Assembly (NCBI RefSeq): GCF_009914755.1
Contig: NC_060937.1
DNA: 64,000 nucleotides
DNA from: the human T2T-CHM13v2.0 reference genome, Homo sapiens
Reading direction: 5' to 3' (one strand)
Part shown: positions 1-11,500 of the stretch, one piece after another
Numbering within the stretch: position 1 is the first letter of the stretch
Layout: each line of letters begins with the position of its first letter
The notes under the pieces: generated by a model
What the model saw: the letters and a program-made list of their open reading frames with translations, nothing else
Told to the model about the DNA's origin: nothing
The model's database searches: none
Program-made: the position numbers and the translations under genes

Positions 1-250
1 GTTCAACTCCTTTGGCTGGGTACACACATCACAAACAAGTTTCTGAGAATGCTTCTGTCTAGTTTTTATGGGAAGACATTCCCTTTTTCACCAAAGGCAT
101 CAAAGCGCTCCAAATGTCCACTTCCAGACACTACAAAAAGAGTGTTTCCAACGTGCTCTAAGAAAGCGAATGTTCAACTCTGTGACTTGAATGCAGATAT
201 CACAAAGTAGTTTCTGAGAGGGCTTCTGTGTAGATTTTAGATGATGATAT

Positions 251-267
251 TCCCGTTTCCAACGAAA
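251..267 (-). promoter_or_regulatory. CENP-B box, intact (4-mer module copy; recurs in 11-mers)
   Basis: tcccgtttccaacgaaa is the reverse complement of TTTCGTTGGAAACGGGA, which matches YTTCGTTGGAARCGGGA. Confidence 0.95.
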
Positions 268-588
268 TCATTAGAGCTATCCAAATATCCACTTACAGTT
301 TCTACAAAAAGAGTGTTTCCAAACTGCTGCATCAAAAGAGAGGTTCCACTCTGTTAGCTGAGTACACACATCACAAACTTGTTTCTCAGAATCCTTCTGT
401 CTCGTTTTTCTGGGAAGATATTTACTTTTTCACCGTAGGCATCAAAGCGCTCCAAATGTCCACATCCAGATACTCCAGAAAGAGTGTTTCAAACCTGCTC
501 TATGAAAGGGAATCTTCAACTCTATGAGTTGAATGCAGACATCAGAAAGAAATTTCTGAGAATGCTGCTGTCTACCTTTTATTTGAAT

Positions 589-605
589 TCCCGCTTCCAA
601 CGAAA
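589..605 (-). promoter_or_regulatory. CENP-B box, intact (recurs in every HOR)
   Basis: tcccgcttccaacgaaa is the reverse complement of TTTCGTTGGAAGCGGGA. It overlaps the EcoRI site at 585-590. Confidence 0.95.
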
Positions 606-761
606 TCCTCCAAGCTATCCAAATATCCACTTGCAGATTCCACAAAAAGAGTGTTTCAAAACTGCTCTCTATCAATGGCAAAGTTCAACTCTGTTAGTTG
701 AGGACACATATCACCAACAAGTTTCTGAGAATGCTTCTGTCTATTTTTTATGGGAAGATAT

Positions 762-778
762 TTCCTTTTTCACCGTAG
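762..778 (-). promoter_or_regulatory. pJalpha-type (A-box) motif in the monomers alternating with CENP-B boxes
   Basis: ttcctttttcaccgtag is the reverse complement of CTACGGTGAAAAAGGAA, matching the recalled A-type consensus CTAYGGTGRAAAAGGAA. It sits at the box-equivalent position, with related versions in the other non-B monomers. Confidence 0.75.
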
Positions 779-928
779 GCGTCAAGGCGATCGAAATGTC
801 CACTTCCACAAACTACAAAAAGAGTGTTTCAAACCTGCTCTATGAAAGGCCATGTTCATCTCTATGAGTCGAATGGAAATATCCGAAAGAAATTTCTGGG
901 AATGCTGCTGTCTAGTTTTTATACGAAT

Positions 929-945
929 TCCCGCTTCCAACGAAA
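929..945 (-). promoter_or_regulatory. CENP-B box, intact (recurs in every HOR)
   Basis: tcccgcttccaacgaaa, 340 bp after the previous box. Confidence 0.95.
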
Positions 946-1269
946 TCCTCAAAGCAATCCAAATATCCACTTGCAGAATCCACAAAAAGAGTGTTTCAAA
1001 ACTGCTCTATCAATAGAAAGGTTCAACTCTTTTAGTTGAGTACACACATCACAAACAAGTTTCTGAGAATGCTTCTGTCTGGCTTTTATTGGAAGACGTT
1101 TCCTTTTCACCAAAGGCATCAAAGCGCTCCAAATGTCCACTTCCAGATTCTTCCAAAAGAGTGTTTGAAACGTGCTCAAAGTAAGGGAATGTTCAACTCT
1201 GTGACTTGAATGCAGATATCACCAAGTAGTTTCTAATAGTGCTTCTGTCTAGATTTTAGATGATGATAT

Positions 1270-1286
1270 TCCCGTTTCCAACGAAA
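1270..1286 (-). promoter_or_regulatory. CENP-B box, intact (recurs in every HOR)
   Basis: tcccgtttccaacgaaa, 341 bp after the previous box. Confidence 0.95.
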
Positions 1287-1440
1287 TCGTTAGAGCTATC
1301 CAAATATCCACTTACAGTTTCTACAAAAAGAGTGTTTCCAAACTGCTGCATCAAAAGAAAGGTTCAACTCTGTTAGTTGAGGACACACATCACAAAGAAG
1401 TTTGTGAGAATGCTTCTGTCTAGATTTTGTATGACCATAT

Positions 1441-1457
1441 TCCCTTTTCCAGCGATA
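1441..1457 (-). promoter_or_regulatory. Degenerate CENP-B-type box, predicted non-binding (odd monomer of the HOR)
   Basis: tcccttttccagcgata has two of the nine core positions (nTTCGnnnnAnnCGGGn) altered. It lies one monomer after the box at 1270. Confidence 0.8.
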
Positions 1458-1778
1458 TCATTAAAGCAATCTAAATATCCATTTGCAGAATCCACAAAAA
1501 TAGAGTTTCAAAGCTGCTCTGTAAAAAGAAAGGTTCCACTCTGTTAGCTGAGTACACACATCACAAACTTGTTTCTCAGAATCCTTCTGTCTCGTTTTTA
1601 TGGGAAGATATTTACTTTTTCACCGTAGGCATCAAAGCGCTCCAAATGTCCACATCCAGATACTCCAGAAAGAGTGTTTCAAACCTGCTCTATGAAAGGG
1701 AATCTTCAACTCTATGAGTTGAATGCAGACATCAGAAAGAAATTTCTGAGAATGCTGCTGTCTACCTTTTATTTGAAT

Positions 1779-1795
1779 TCCCGCTTCCAACGAAA
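1779..1795 (-). promoter_or_regulatory. CENP-B box, intact (fifth box of the 11-mer)
   Basis: tcccgcttccaacgaaa, 509 bp (3 monomers) after the box at 1270. Confidence 0.95.
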
Positions 1796-1820
1796 TCCTC
1801 CAAGCTATCCAAATATCCAC

Positions 1821-2500
1821 CTGCATTTTCCACAAAAAGAGCGTTTCAAAACTGCTCTATCAATAGAAATGTTCAACTCCTTTGGCTGGGTACACACATC
1901 ACAAACAAGTTTCTGAGAATGCTTCTGTCTAGTTTTTATGGGAAGACATTCCCTTTTTCACCAAAGGCATCAAAGCGCTCCAAATGTCCACTTCCAGACA
2001 CTACAAAAAGAGTGTTTCCAACGTGCTCTAAGAAAGCGAATGTTCAACTCTGTGACTTGAATGCAGATATCACAAAGTAGTTTCTGAGAGGGCTTCTGTG
2101 TAGATTTTAGATGATGATATTCCCGTTTCCAACGAAATCATTAGAGCTATCCAAATATCCACTTACAGTTTCTACAAAAAGAGTGTTTCCAAACTGCTGC
2201 ATCAAAAGAGAGGTTCCACTCTGTTAGCTGAGTACACACATCACAAACTTGTTTCTCAGAATCCTTCTGTCTCGTTTTTCTGGGAAGATATTTACTTTTT
2301 CACCGTAGGCATCAAAGCGCTCCAAATGTCCACATCCAGATACTCCAGAAAGAGTGTTTCAAACCTGCTCTATGAAAGGGAATCTTCAACTCTATGAGTT
2401 GAATGCAGACATCAGAAAGAAATTTCTGAGAATGCTGCTGTCTACCTTTTATTTGAATTCCCGCTTCCAACGAAATCCTCCAAGCTATCCAAATATCCAC
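1821..2500 (-). repeat. 680 bp 4-monomer module present in 11-mers and absent from 7-mers (first full instance)
   Basis: 1870-1190 = 680. The module begins where cacctgcattttcc diverges from cacttgcagattcc. Its boundaries can slide within the 290 bp duplicated segment. Confidence 0.9.
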
Positions 2501-5500
2501 TTGCAGATTCCACAAAAAGAGTGTTTCAAAACTGCTCTCTATCAATGGCAAAGTTCAACTCTGTTAGTTGAGGACACATATCACCAACAAGTTTCTGAGA
2601 ATGCTTCTGTCTATTTTTTATGGGAAGATATTTCCTTTTTCACCGTAGGCGTCAAGGCGATCGAAATGTCCACTTCCACAAACTACAAAAAGAGTGTTTC
2701 AAACCTGCTCTATGAAAGGCCATGTTCATCTCTATGAGTCGAATGGAAATATCCGAAAGAAATTTCTGGGAATGCTGCTGTCTAGTTTTTATACGAATTC
2801 CCGCTTCCAACGAAATCCTCAAAGCAATCCAAATATCCACTTGCAGAATCCACAAAAAGAGTGTTTCAAAACTGCTCTATCAATAGAAAGGTTCAACTCT
2901 TTTAGTTGAGTACACACATCACAAACAAGTTTCTGAGAATGCTTCTGTCTGGCTTTTATTGGAAGACGTTTCCTTTTCACCAAAGGCATCAAAGCGCTCC
3001 AAATGTCCACTTCCAGATTCTTCCAAAAGAGTGTTTGAAACGTGCTCAAAGTAAGGGAATGTTCAACTCTGTGACTTGAATGCAGATATCACCAAGTAGT
3101 TTCTAATAGTGCTTCTGTCTAGATTTTAGATGATGATATTCCCGTTTCCAACGAAATCGTTAGAGCTATCCAAATATCCACTTACAGTTTCTACAAAAAG
3201 AGTGTTTCCAAACTGCTGCATCAAAAGAAAGGTTCAACTCTGTTAGTTGAGGACACACATCACAAAGAAGTTTGTGAGAATGCTTCTGTCTAGATTTTGT
3301 ATGACCATATTCCCTTTTCCAGCGATATCATTAAAGCAATCTAAATATCCATTTGCAGAATCCACAAAAATAGAGTTTCAAAGCTGCTCTGTAAAAAGAA
3401 AGGTTCCACTCTGTTAGCTGAGTACACACATCACAAACTTGTTTCTGAGAATCCTTCTGTCTCGTTTTTATGGGAAGATATTTACTTTTTCACCGTAGGC
3501 ATCAAAGCGCTCCAAATGTCCACATCCAGATACTCCAGAAAGAGTGTTTCAAACCTGCTCTATGAAAGGGAATCTTCAACTCTATGAGTTGAATGCAGAC
3601 ATCAGAAAGAAATTTCTGAGAATGCTGCTGTCTACCTTTTATTTGAATTCCCGCTTCCAACGAAATCCTCCAAGCTATCCAAATATCCACCTGCATTTTC
3701 CACAAAAAGAGCGTTTCAAAACTGCTCTATCAATAGAAATGTTCAACTCCTTTGGCTGGGTACACACATCACAAACAAGTTTCTGAGAATGCTTCTGTCT
3801 AGTTTTTATGGGAAGACATTCCCTTTTTCACCAAAGGCATCAAAGCGCTCCAAATGTCCACTTCCAGACACTACAAAAAGAGTGTTTCCAACGTGCTCTA
3901 AGAAAGCGAATGTTCAACTCTGTGACTTGAATGCAGATATCACAAAGTAGTTTCTGAGAGGGCTTCTGTCTAGATTTTAGATGATGATATTCCCTTTTCC
4001 AACGAAATCATTAGAGCTATCCAAATATCCACTTACAGTTTCTACAAAAAGAGTGTTTCCAAACTGCTGCATCAAAAGAGAGGTTCCACTCTGTTAGCTG
4101 AGTACACACATCACAAACTTGTTTCTCAGAATCCTTCTGTCTCGTTTTTCTGGGAAGATATTTACTTTTTCACCGTAGGCATCAAAGCGCTCCAAATGTC
4201 CACATCCAGATACTCCAGAAAGAGTGTTTCAAACCTGCTCTATGAAAGGGAATCTTCAACTCTATGAGTTGAATGCAGACATCAGAAAGAAATTTCTGAG
4301 AATGCTGCTGTCTACCTTTTATTTGAATTCCCGCTTCCAACGAAATCCTCCAAGCTATCCAAATATCCACTTGCAGATTCCACAAAAAGAGTGTTTCAAA
4401 ACTGCTCTCTATCAATGGCAAAGTTCAACTCTGTTAGTTGAGGACACATATCACCAACAAGTTTCTGAGAATGCTTCTGTCTATTTTTTATGGGAAGATA
4501 TTTCCTTTTTCACCGTAGGCGTCAAGGCGATCGAAATGTCCACTTCCACAAACTACAAAAAGAGTGTTTCAAACCTGCTCTATGAAAGGCCATGTTCATC
4601 TCTATGAGTCGAATGGAAATATCCGAAAGAAATTTCTGGGAATGCTGCTGTCTAGTTTTTATACGAATTCCCGCTTCCAACGAAATCCTCAAAGCAATCC
4701 AAATATCCACTTGCAGAATCCACAAAAAGAGTGTTTCAAAACTGCTCTATCAATAGAAAGGTTCAACTCTTTTAGTTGAGTACACACATCACAAACAAGT
4801 TTCTGAGAATGCTTCTGTCTGGCTTTTATTGGAAGACGTTTCCTTTTCACCAAAGGCATCAAAGCGCTCCAAATGTCCACTTCCAGATTCTTCCAAAAGA
4901 GTGTTTGAAACGTGCTCAAAGTAAGGGAATGTTCAACTCTGTGACTTGAATGCAGATATCACCAAGTAGTTTCTAATAGTGCTTCTGTCTAGATTTTAGA
5001 TGATGATATTCCCGTTTCCAACGAAATCGTTAGAGCTATCCAAATATCCACTTACAGTTTCTACAAAAAGAGTGTTTCCAAACTGCTGCATCAAAAGAAA
5101 GGTTCAACTCTGTTAGTTGAGGACACACATCACAAAGAAGTTTGTGAGAATGCTTCTGTCTAGATTTTGTATGACCATATTCCCTTTTCCAGCGATATCA
5201 TTAAAGCAATCTAAATATCCATTTGCAGAATCCACAAAAATAGAGTTTCAAAGCTGCTCTGTAAAAAGAAAGGTTCCACTCTGTTAGCTGAGTACACACA
5301 TCACAAACTTGTTTCTCAGAATCCTTCTGTCTCGTTTTTATGGGAAGATATTTACTTTTTCACCGTAGGCATCAAAGCGCTCCAAATGTCCACATCCAGA
5401 TACTCCAGAAAGAGTGTTTCAAACCTGCTCTATGAAAGGGAATCTTCAACTCTATGAGTTGAATGCAGACATCAGAAAGAAATTTCTGAGAATGCTGCTG

Positions 5501-8500
5501 TCTACCTTTTATTTGAATTCCCGCTTCCAACGAAATCCTCCAAGCTATCCAAATATCCACCTGCATTTTCCACAAAAAGAGCGTTTCAAAACTGCTCTAT
5601 CAATAGAAATGTTCAACTCCTTTGGCTGGGTACACACATCACAAACAAGTTTCTGAGAATGCTTCTGTCTAGTTTTTATGGGAAGACATTCCCTTTTTCA
5701 CCAAAGGCATCAAAGCGCTCCAAATGTCCACTTCCAGACACTACAAAAAGAGTGTTTCCAACGTGCTCTAAGAAAGCGAATGTTCAACTCTGTGACTTGA
5801 ATGCAGATATCACAAAGTAGTTTCTGAGAGGGCTTCTGTCTAGATTTTAGATGATGATATTCCCGTTTCCAACGAAATCATTAGAGCTATCCAAATATCC
5901 ACTTACAGTTTCTACAAAAAGAGTGTTTCCAAACTGCTGCATCAAAAGAGAGGTTCCACTCTGTTAGCTGAGTACACACATCACAAACTTGTTTCTCAGA
6001 ATCCTTCTGTCTCGTTTTTCTGGGAAGATATTTACTTTTTCACCGTAGGCATCAAAGCGCTCCAAATGTCCACATCCAGATACTCCAGAAAGAGTGTTTC
6101 AAACCTGCTCTATGAAAGGGAATCTTCAACTCTATGAGTTGAATGCAGACATCAGAAAGAAATTTCTGAGAATGCTGCTGTCTACCTTTTATTTGAATTC
6201 CCGCTTCCAACGAAATCCTCCAAGCTATCCAAATATCCACTTGCAGATTCCACAAAAAGAGTGTTTCAAAACTGCTCTCTATCAATGGCAAAGTTCAACT
6301 CTGTTAGTTGAGGACACATATCACCAACAAGTTTCTGAGAATGCTTCTGTCTATTTTTTATGGGAAGATATTTCCTTTTTCACCGTAGGCGTCAAGGCGA
6401 TCGAAATGTCCACTTCCACAAACTACAAAAAGAGTGTTTCAAACCTGCTCTATGAAAGGCCATGTTCATCTCTATGAGTCGAATGGAAATATCCGAAAGA
6501 AATTTCTGGGAATGCTGCTGTCTAGTTTTTATACGAATTCCCGCTTCCAACGAAATCCTCAAAGCAATCCAAATATCCACTTGCAGAATCCACAAAAAGA
6601 GTGTTTCAAAACTGCTCTATCAATAGAAAGGTTCAACTCTTTTAGTTGAGTACACACATCACAAACAAGTTTCTGAGAATGCTTCTGTCTGGCTTTTATT
6701 GGAAGACGTTTCCTTTTCACCAAAGGCATCAAAGCGCTCCAAATGTCCACTTCCAGATTCTTCCAAAAGAGTGTTTGAAACGTGCTCAAAGTAAGGGAAT
6801 GTTCAACTCTGTGACTTGAATGCAGATATCACCAAGTAGTTTCTAATAGTGCTTCTGTCTAGATTTTAGATGATGATATTCCCGTTTCCAACGAAATCGT
6901 TAGAGCTATCCAAATATCCACTTACAGTTTCTACAAAAAGAGTGTTTCCAAACTGCTGCATCAAAAGAAAGGTTCAACTCTGTTAGTTGAGGACACACAT
7001 CACAAAGAAGTTTGTGAGAATGCTTCTGTCTAGATTTTGTATGACCATATTCCCTTTTCCAGCGATATCATTAAAGCAATCTAAATATCCATTTGCAGAA
7101 TCCACAAAAATAGGGTTTCAAAGCTGCTCTGTAAAAAGAAAGGTTCCACTCTGTTAGCTGAGTACACACATCACAAACTTGTTTCTGAGAATCCTTCTGT
7201 CTCGTTTTTATGGGAAGATATTTACTTTTTCACCGTAGGCATCAAAGCGCTCCAAATGTCCACATCCAGATACTCCAGAAAGAGTGTTTCAAACCTGCTC
7301 TATGAAAGGGAATCTTCAACTCTATGAGTTGAATGCAGACATCAGAAAGAAATTTCTGAGAATGCTGCTGTCTACCTTTTATTTGAATTCCCGCTTCCAA
7401 CGAAATCCTCCAAGCTATCCAAATATCCACCTGCATTTTCCACAAAAAGAGCGTTTCAAAACTGCTCTATCAATAGAAATGTTCAACTCCTTTGGCTGGG
7501 TACACACATCACAAACAAGTTTCTGAGAATGCTTCTGTCTAGTTTTTATGGGAAGACATTCCCTTTTTCACCAAAGGCATCAAAGCGCTCCAAATGTCCA
7601 CTTCCAGACACTACAAAAAGAGTGTTTCCAACGTGCTCTAAGAAAGCGAATGTTCAACTCTGTGACTTGAATGCAGATATCACAAAGTAGTTTCTGAGAG
7701 GGCTTCTGTCTAGATTTTAGATGATGATATTCCCGTTTCCAACGAAATCATTAGAGCTATCCAAATATCCACTTACAGTTTCTACAAAAAGAGTGTTTCC
7801 AAACTGCTGCATCAAAAGAGAGGTTCCACTCTGTTAGCTGAGTACACACATCACAAACTTGTTTCTCAGAATCCTTCTGTCTCGTTTTTCTGGGAAGATA
7901 TTTACTTTTTCACCGTAGGCATCAAAGCGCTCCAAATGTCCACATCCAGATACTCCAGAAAGAGTGTTTCAAACCTGCTCTATGAAAGGGAATCTTCAAC
8001 TCTATGAGTTGAATGCAGACATCAGAAAGAAATTTCTGAGAATGCTGCTGTCTACCTTTTATTTGAATTCCCGCTTCCAACGAAATCCTCCAAGCTATCC
8101 AAATATCCACTTGCAGATTCCACAAAAAGAGTGTTTCAAAACTGCTCTCTATCAATGGCAAAGTTCAACTCTGTTAGTTGAGGACACATATCACCAACAA
8201 GTTTCTGAGAATGCTTCTGTCTATTTTTTATGGGAAGATATTTCCTTTTTCACCGTAGGCGTCAAGGCGATCGAAATGTCCACTTCCACAAACTACAAAA
8301 AGAGTGTTTCAAACCTGCTCTATGAAAGGCCATGTTCATCTCTATGAGTCGAATGGAAATATCCGAAAGAAATTTCTGGGAATGCTGCTGTCTAGTTTTT
8401 ATACGAATTCCCGCTTCCAACGAAATCCTCAAAGCAATCCAAATATCCACTTGCAGAATCCACAAAAAGAGTGTTTCAAAACTGCTCTATCAATAGAAAG

Positions 8501-11500
8501 GTTCAACTCTTTTAGTTGAGTACACACATCACAAACAAGTTTCTGAGAATGCTTCTGTCTGGCTTTTATTGGAAGACGTTTCCTTTTCACCAAAGGCATC
8601 AAAGCGCTCCAAATGTCCACTTCCAGATTCTTCCAAAAGAGTGTTTGAAACGTGCTCAAAGTAAGGGAATGTTCAACTCTGTGACTTGAATGCAGATATC
8701 ACCAAGTAGTTTCTAATAGTGCTTCTGTCTAGATTTTAGATGATGATATTCCCGTTTCCAACGAAATCGTTAGAGCTATCCAAATATCCACTTACAGTTT
8801 CTACAAAAAGAGTGTTTCCAAACTGCTGCATCAAAAGAAAGGTTCAACTCTGTTAGTTGAGGACACACATCACAAAGAAGTTTGTGAGAATGCTTCTGTC
8901 TAGATTTTGTATGACCATATTCCCTTTTCCAGCGATATCATTAAAGCAATCTAAATATCCATTTGCAGAATCCACAAAAATAGGGTTTCAAAGCTGCTCT
9001 GTAAAAAGAAAGGTTCCACTCTGTTAGCTGAGTACACACATCACAAACTTGTTTCTGAGAATCCTTCTGTCTCGTTTTTATGGGAAGATATTTACTTTTT
9101 CACCGTAGGCATCAAAGCGCTCCAAATGTCCACATCCAGATACTCCAGAAAGAGTGTTTCAAACCTGCTCTATGAAAGGGAATCTTCAACTCTATGAGTT
9201 GAATGCAGACATCAGAAAGAAATTTCTGAGAATGCTGCTGTCTACCTTTTATTTGAATTCCCGCTTCCAACGAAATCCTCCAAGCTATCCAAATATCCAC
9301 CTGCATTTTCCACAAAAAGAGCGTTTCAAAACTGCTCTATCAATAGAAATGTTCAACTCCTTTGGCTGGGTACACACATCACAAACAAGTTTCTGAGAAT
9401 GCTTCTGTCTAGTTTTTATGGGAAGACATTCCCTTTTTCACCAAAGGCATCAAAGCGCTCCAAATGTCCACTTCCAGACACTACAAAAAGAGTGTTTCCA
9501 ACGTGCTCTAAGAAAGCGAATGTTCAACTCTGTGACTTGAATGCAGATATCACAAAGTAGTTTCTGAGAGGGCTTCTGTCTAGATTTTAGATGATGATAT
9601 TCCCGTTTCCAACGAAATCATTAGAGCTATCCAAATATCCACTTACAGTTTCTACAAAAAGAGTGTTTCCAAACTGCTGCATCAAAAGAGAGGTTCCACT
9701 CTGTTAGCTGAGTACACACATCACAAACTTGTTTCTCAGAATCCTTCTGTCTCGTTTTTCTGGGAAGATATTTACTTTTTCACCGTAGGCATCAAAGCGC
9801 TCCAAATGTCCACATCCAGATACTCCAGAAAGAGTGTTTCAAACCTGCTCTATGAAAGGGAATCTTCAACTCTATGAGTTGAATGCAGACATCAGAAAGA
9901 AATTTCTGAGAATGCTGCTGTCTACCTTTTATTTGAATTCCCGCTTCCAACGAAATCCTCCAAGCTATCCAAATATCCACTTGCAGATTCCACAAAAAGA
10001 GTGTTTCAAAACTGCTCTCTATCAATGGCAAAGTTCAACTCTGTTAGTTGAGGACACATATCACCAACAAGTTTCTGAGAATGCTTCTGTCTATTTTTTA
10101 TGGGAAGATATTTCCTTTTTCACCGTAGGCGTCAAGGCGATCGAAATGTCCACTTCCACAAACTACAAAAAGAGTGTTTCAAACCTGCTCTATGAAAGGC
10201 CATGTTCATCTCTATGAGTCGAATGGAAATATCCGAAAGAAATTTCTGGGAATGCTGCTGTCTAGTTTTTATACGAATTCCCGCTTCCAACGAAATCCTC
10301 AAAGCAATCCAAATATCCACTTGCAGAATCCACAAAAAGAGTGTTTCAAAACTGCTCTATCAATAGAAAGGTTCAACTCTTTTAGTTGAGTACACACATC
10401 ACAAACAAGTTTCTGAGAATGCTTCTGTCTGGCTTTTATTGGAAGACGTTTCCTTTTCACCAAAGGCATCAAAGCGCTCCAAATGTCCACTTCCAGATTC
10501 TTCCAAAAGAGTGTTTGAAACGTGCTCAAAGTAAGGGAATGTTCAACTCTGTGACTTGAATGCAGATATCACCAAGTAGTTTCTAATAGTGCTTCTGTCT
10601 AGATTTTAGATGATGATATTCCCGTTTCCAACGAAATCGTTAGAGCTATCCAAATATCCACTTACAGTTTCTACAAAAAGAGTGTTTCCAAACTGCTGCA
10701 TCAAAAGAAAGGTTCAACTCTGTTAGTTGAGGACACACATCACAAAGAAGTTTGTGAGAATGCTTCTGTCTAGATTTTGTATGACCATATTCCCTTTTCC
10801 AGCGATATCATTAAAGCAATCTAAATATCCATTTGCAGAATCCACAAAAATAGAGTTTCAAAGCTGCTCTGTAAAAAGAAAGGTTCCACTCTGTTAGCTG
10901 AGTACACACATCACAAACTTGTTTCTCAGAATCCTTCTGTCTCGTTTTTATGGGAAGATATTTACTTTTTCACCGTAGGCATCAAAGCGCTCCAAATGTC
11001 CACATCCAGATACTCCAGAAAGAGTGTTTCAAACCTGCTCTATGAAAGGGAATCTTCAACTCTATGAGTTGAATGCAGACATCAGAAAGAAATTTCTGAG
11101 AATGCTGCTGTCTACCTTTTATTTGAATTCCCGCTTCCAACGAAATCCTCCAAGCTATCCAAATATCCACCTGCATTTTCCACAAAAAGAGCGTTTCAAA
11201 ACTGCTCTATCAATAGAAATGTTCAACTCCTTTGGCTGGGTACACACATCACAAACAAGTTTCTGAGAATGCTTCTGTCTAGTTTTTATGGGAAGACATT
11301 CCCTTTTTCACCAAAGGCATCAAAGCGCTCCAAATGTCCACTTCCAGACACTACAAAAAGAGTGTTTCCAACGTGCTCTAAGAAAGCGAATGTTCAACTC
11401 TGTGACTTGAATGCAGATATCACAAAGTAGTTTCTGAGAGGGCTTCTGTGTAGATTTTAGATGATGATATTCCCGTTTCCAACGAAATCATTAGAGCTAT

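Larger units (their letters stand above)
1..1870 (-). repeat. Representative 11-mer HOR unit (1870 bp)
   Basis: gttcaactcctttggctggg at position 1 recurs at 1871; 1870/11 = 170 bp per monomer. Confidence 0.97.

Noticed and set aside
1-1870. Assignment to other 11-mer HORs such as D8Z2 (chr8) or D1Z5 (chr1)
   Set aside because: The alternating A/B dimer structure argues against pentameric SF3 D1Z5. The 680 bp EcoRI fragment and motifs I recall from chr13/21 primers (gggaagacattccctttttcacc, ccatgttcatctctatg) favour chr13/21 over chr8. An HMM or BLAST search is needed to confirm.
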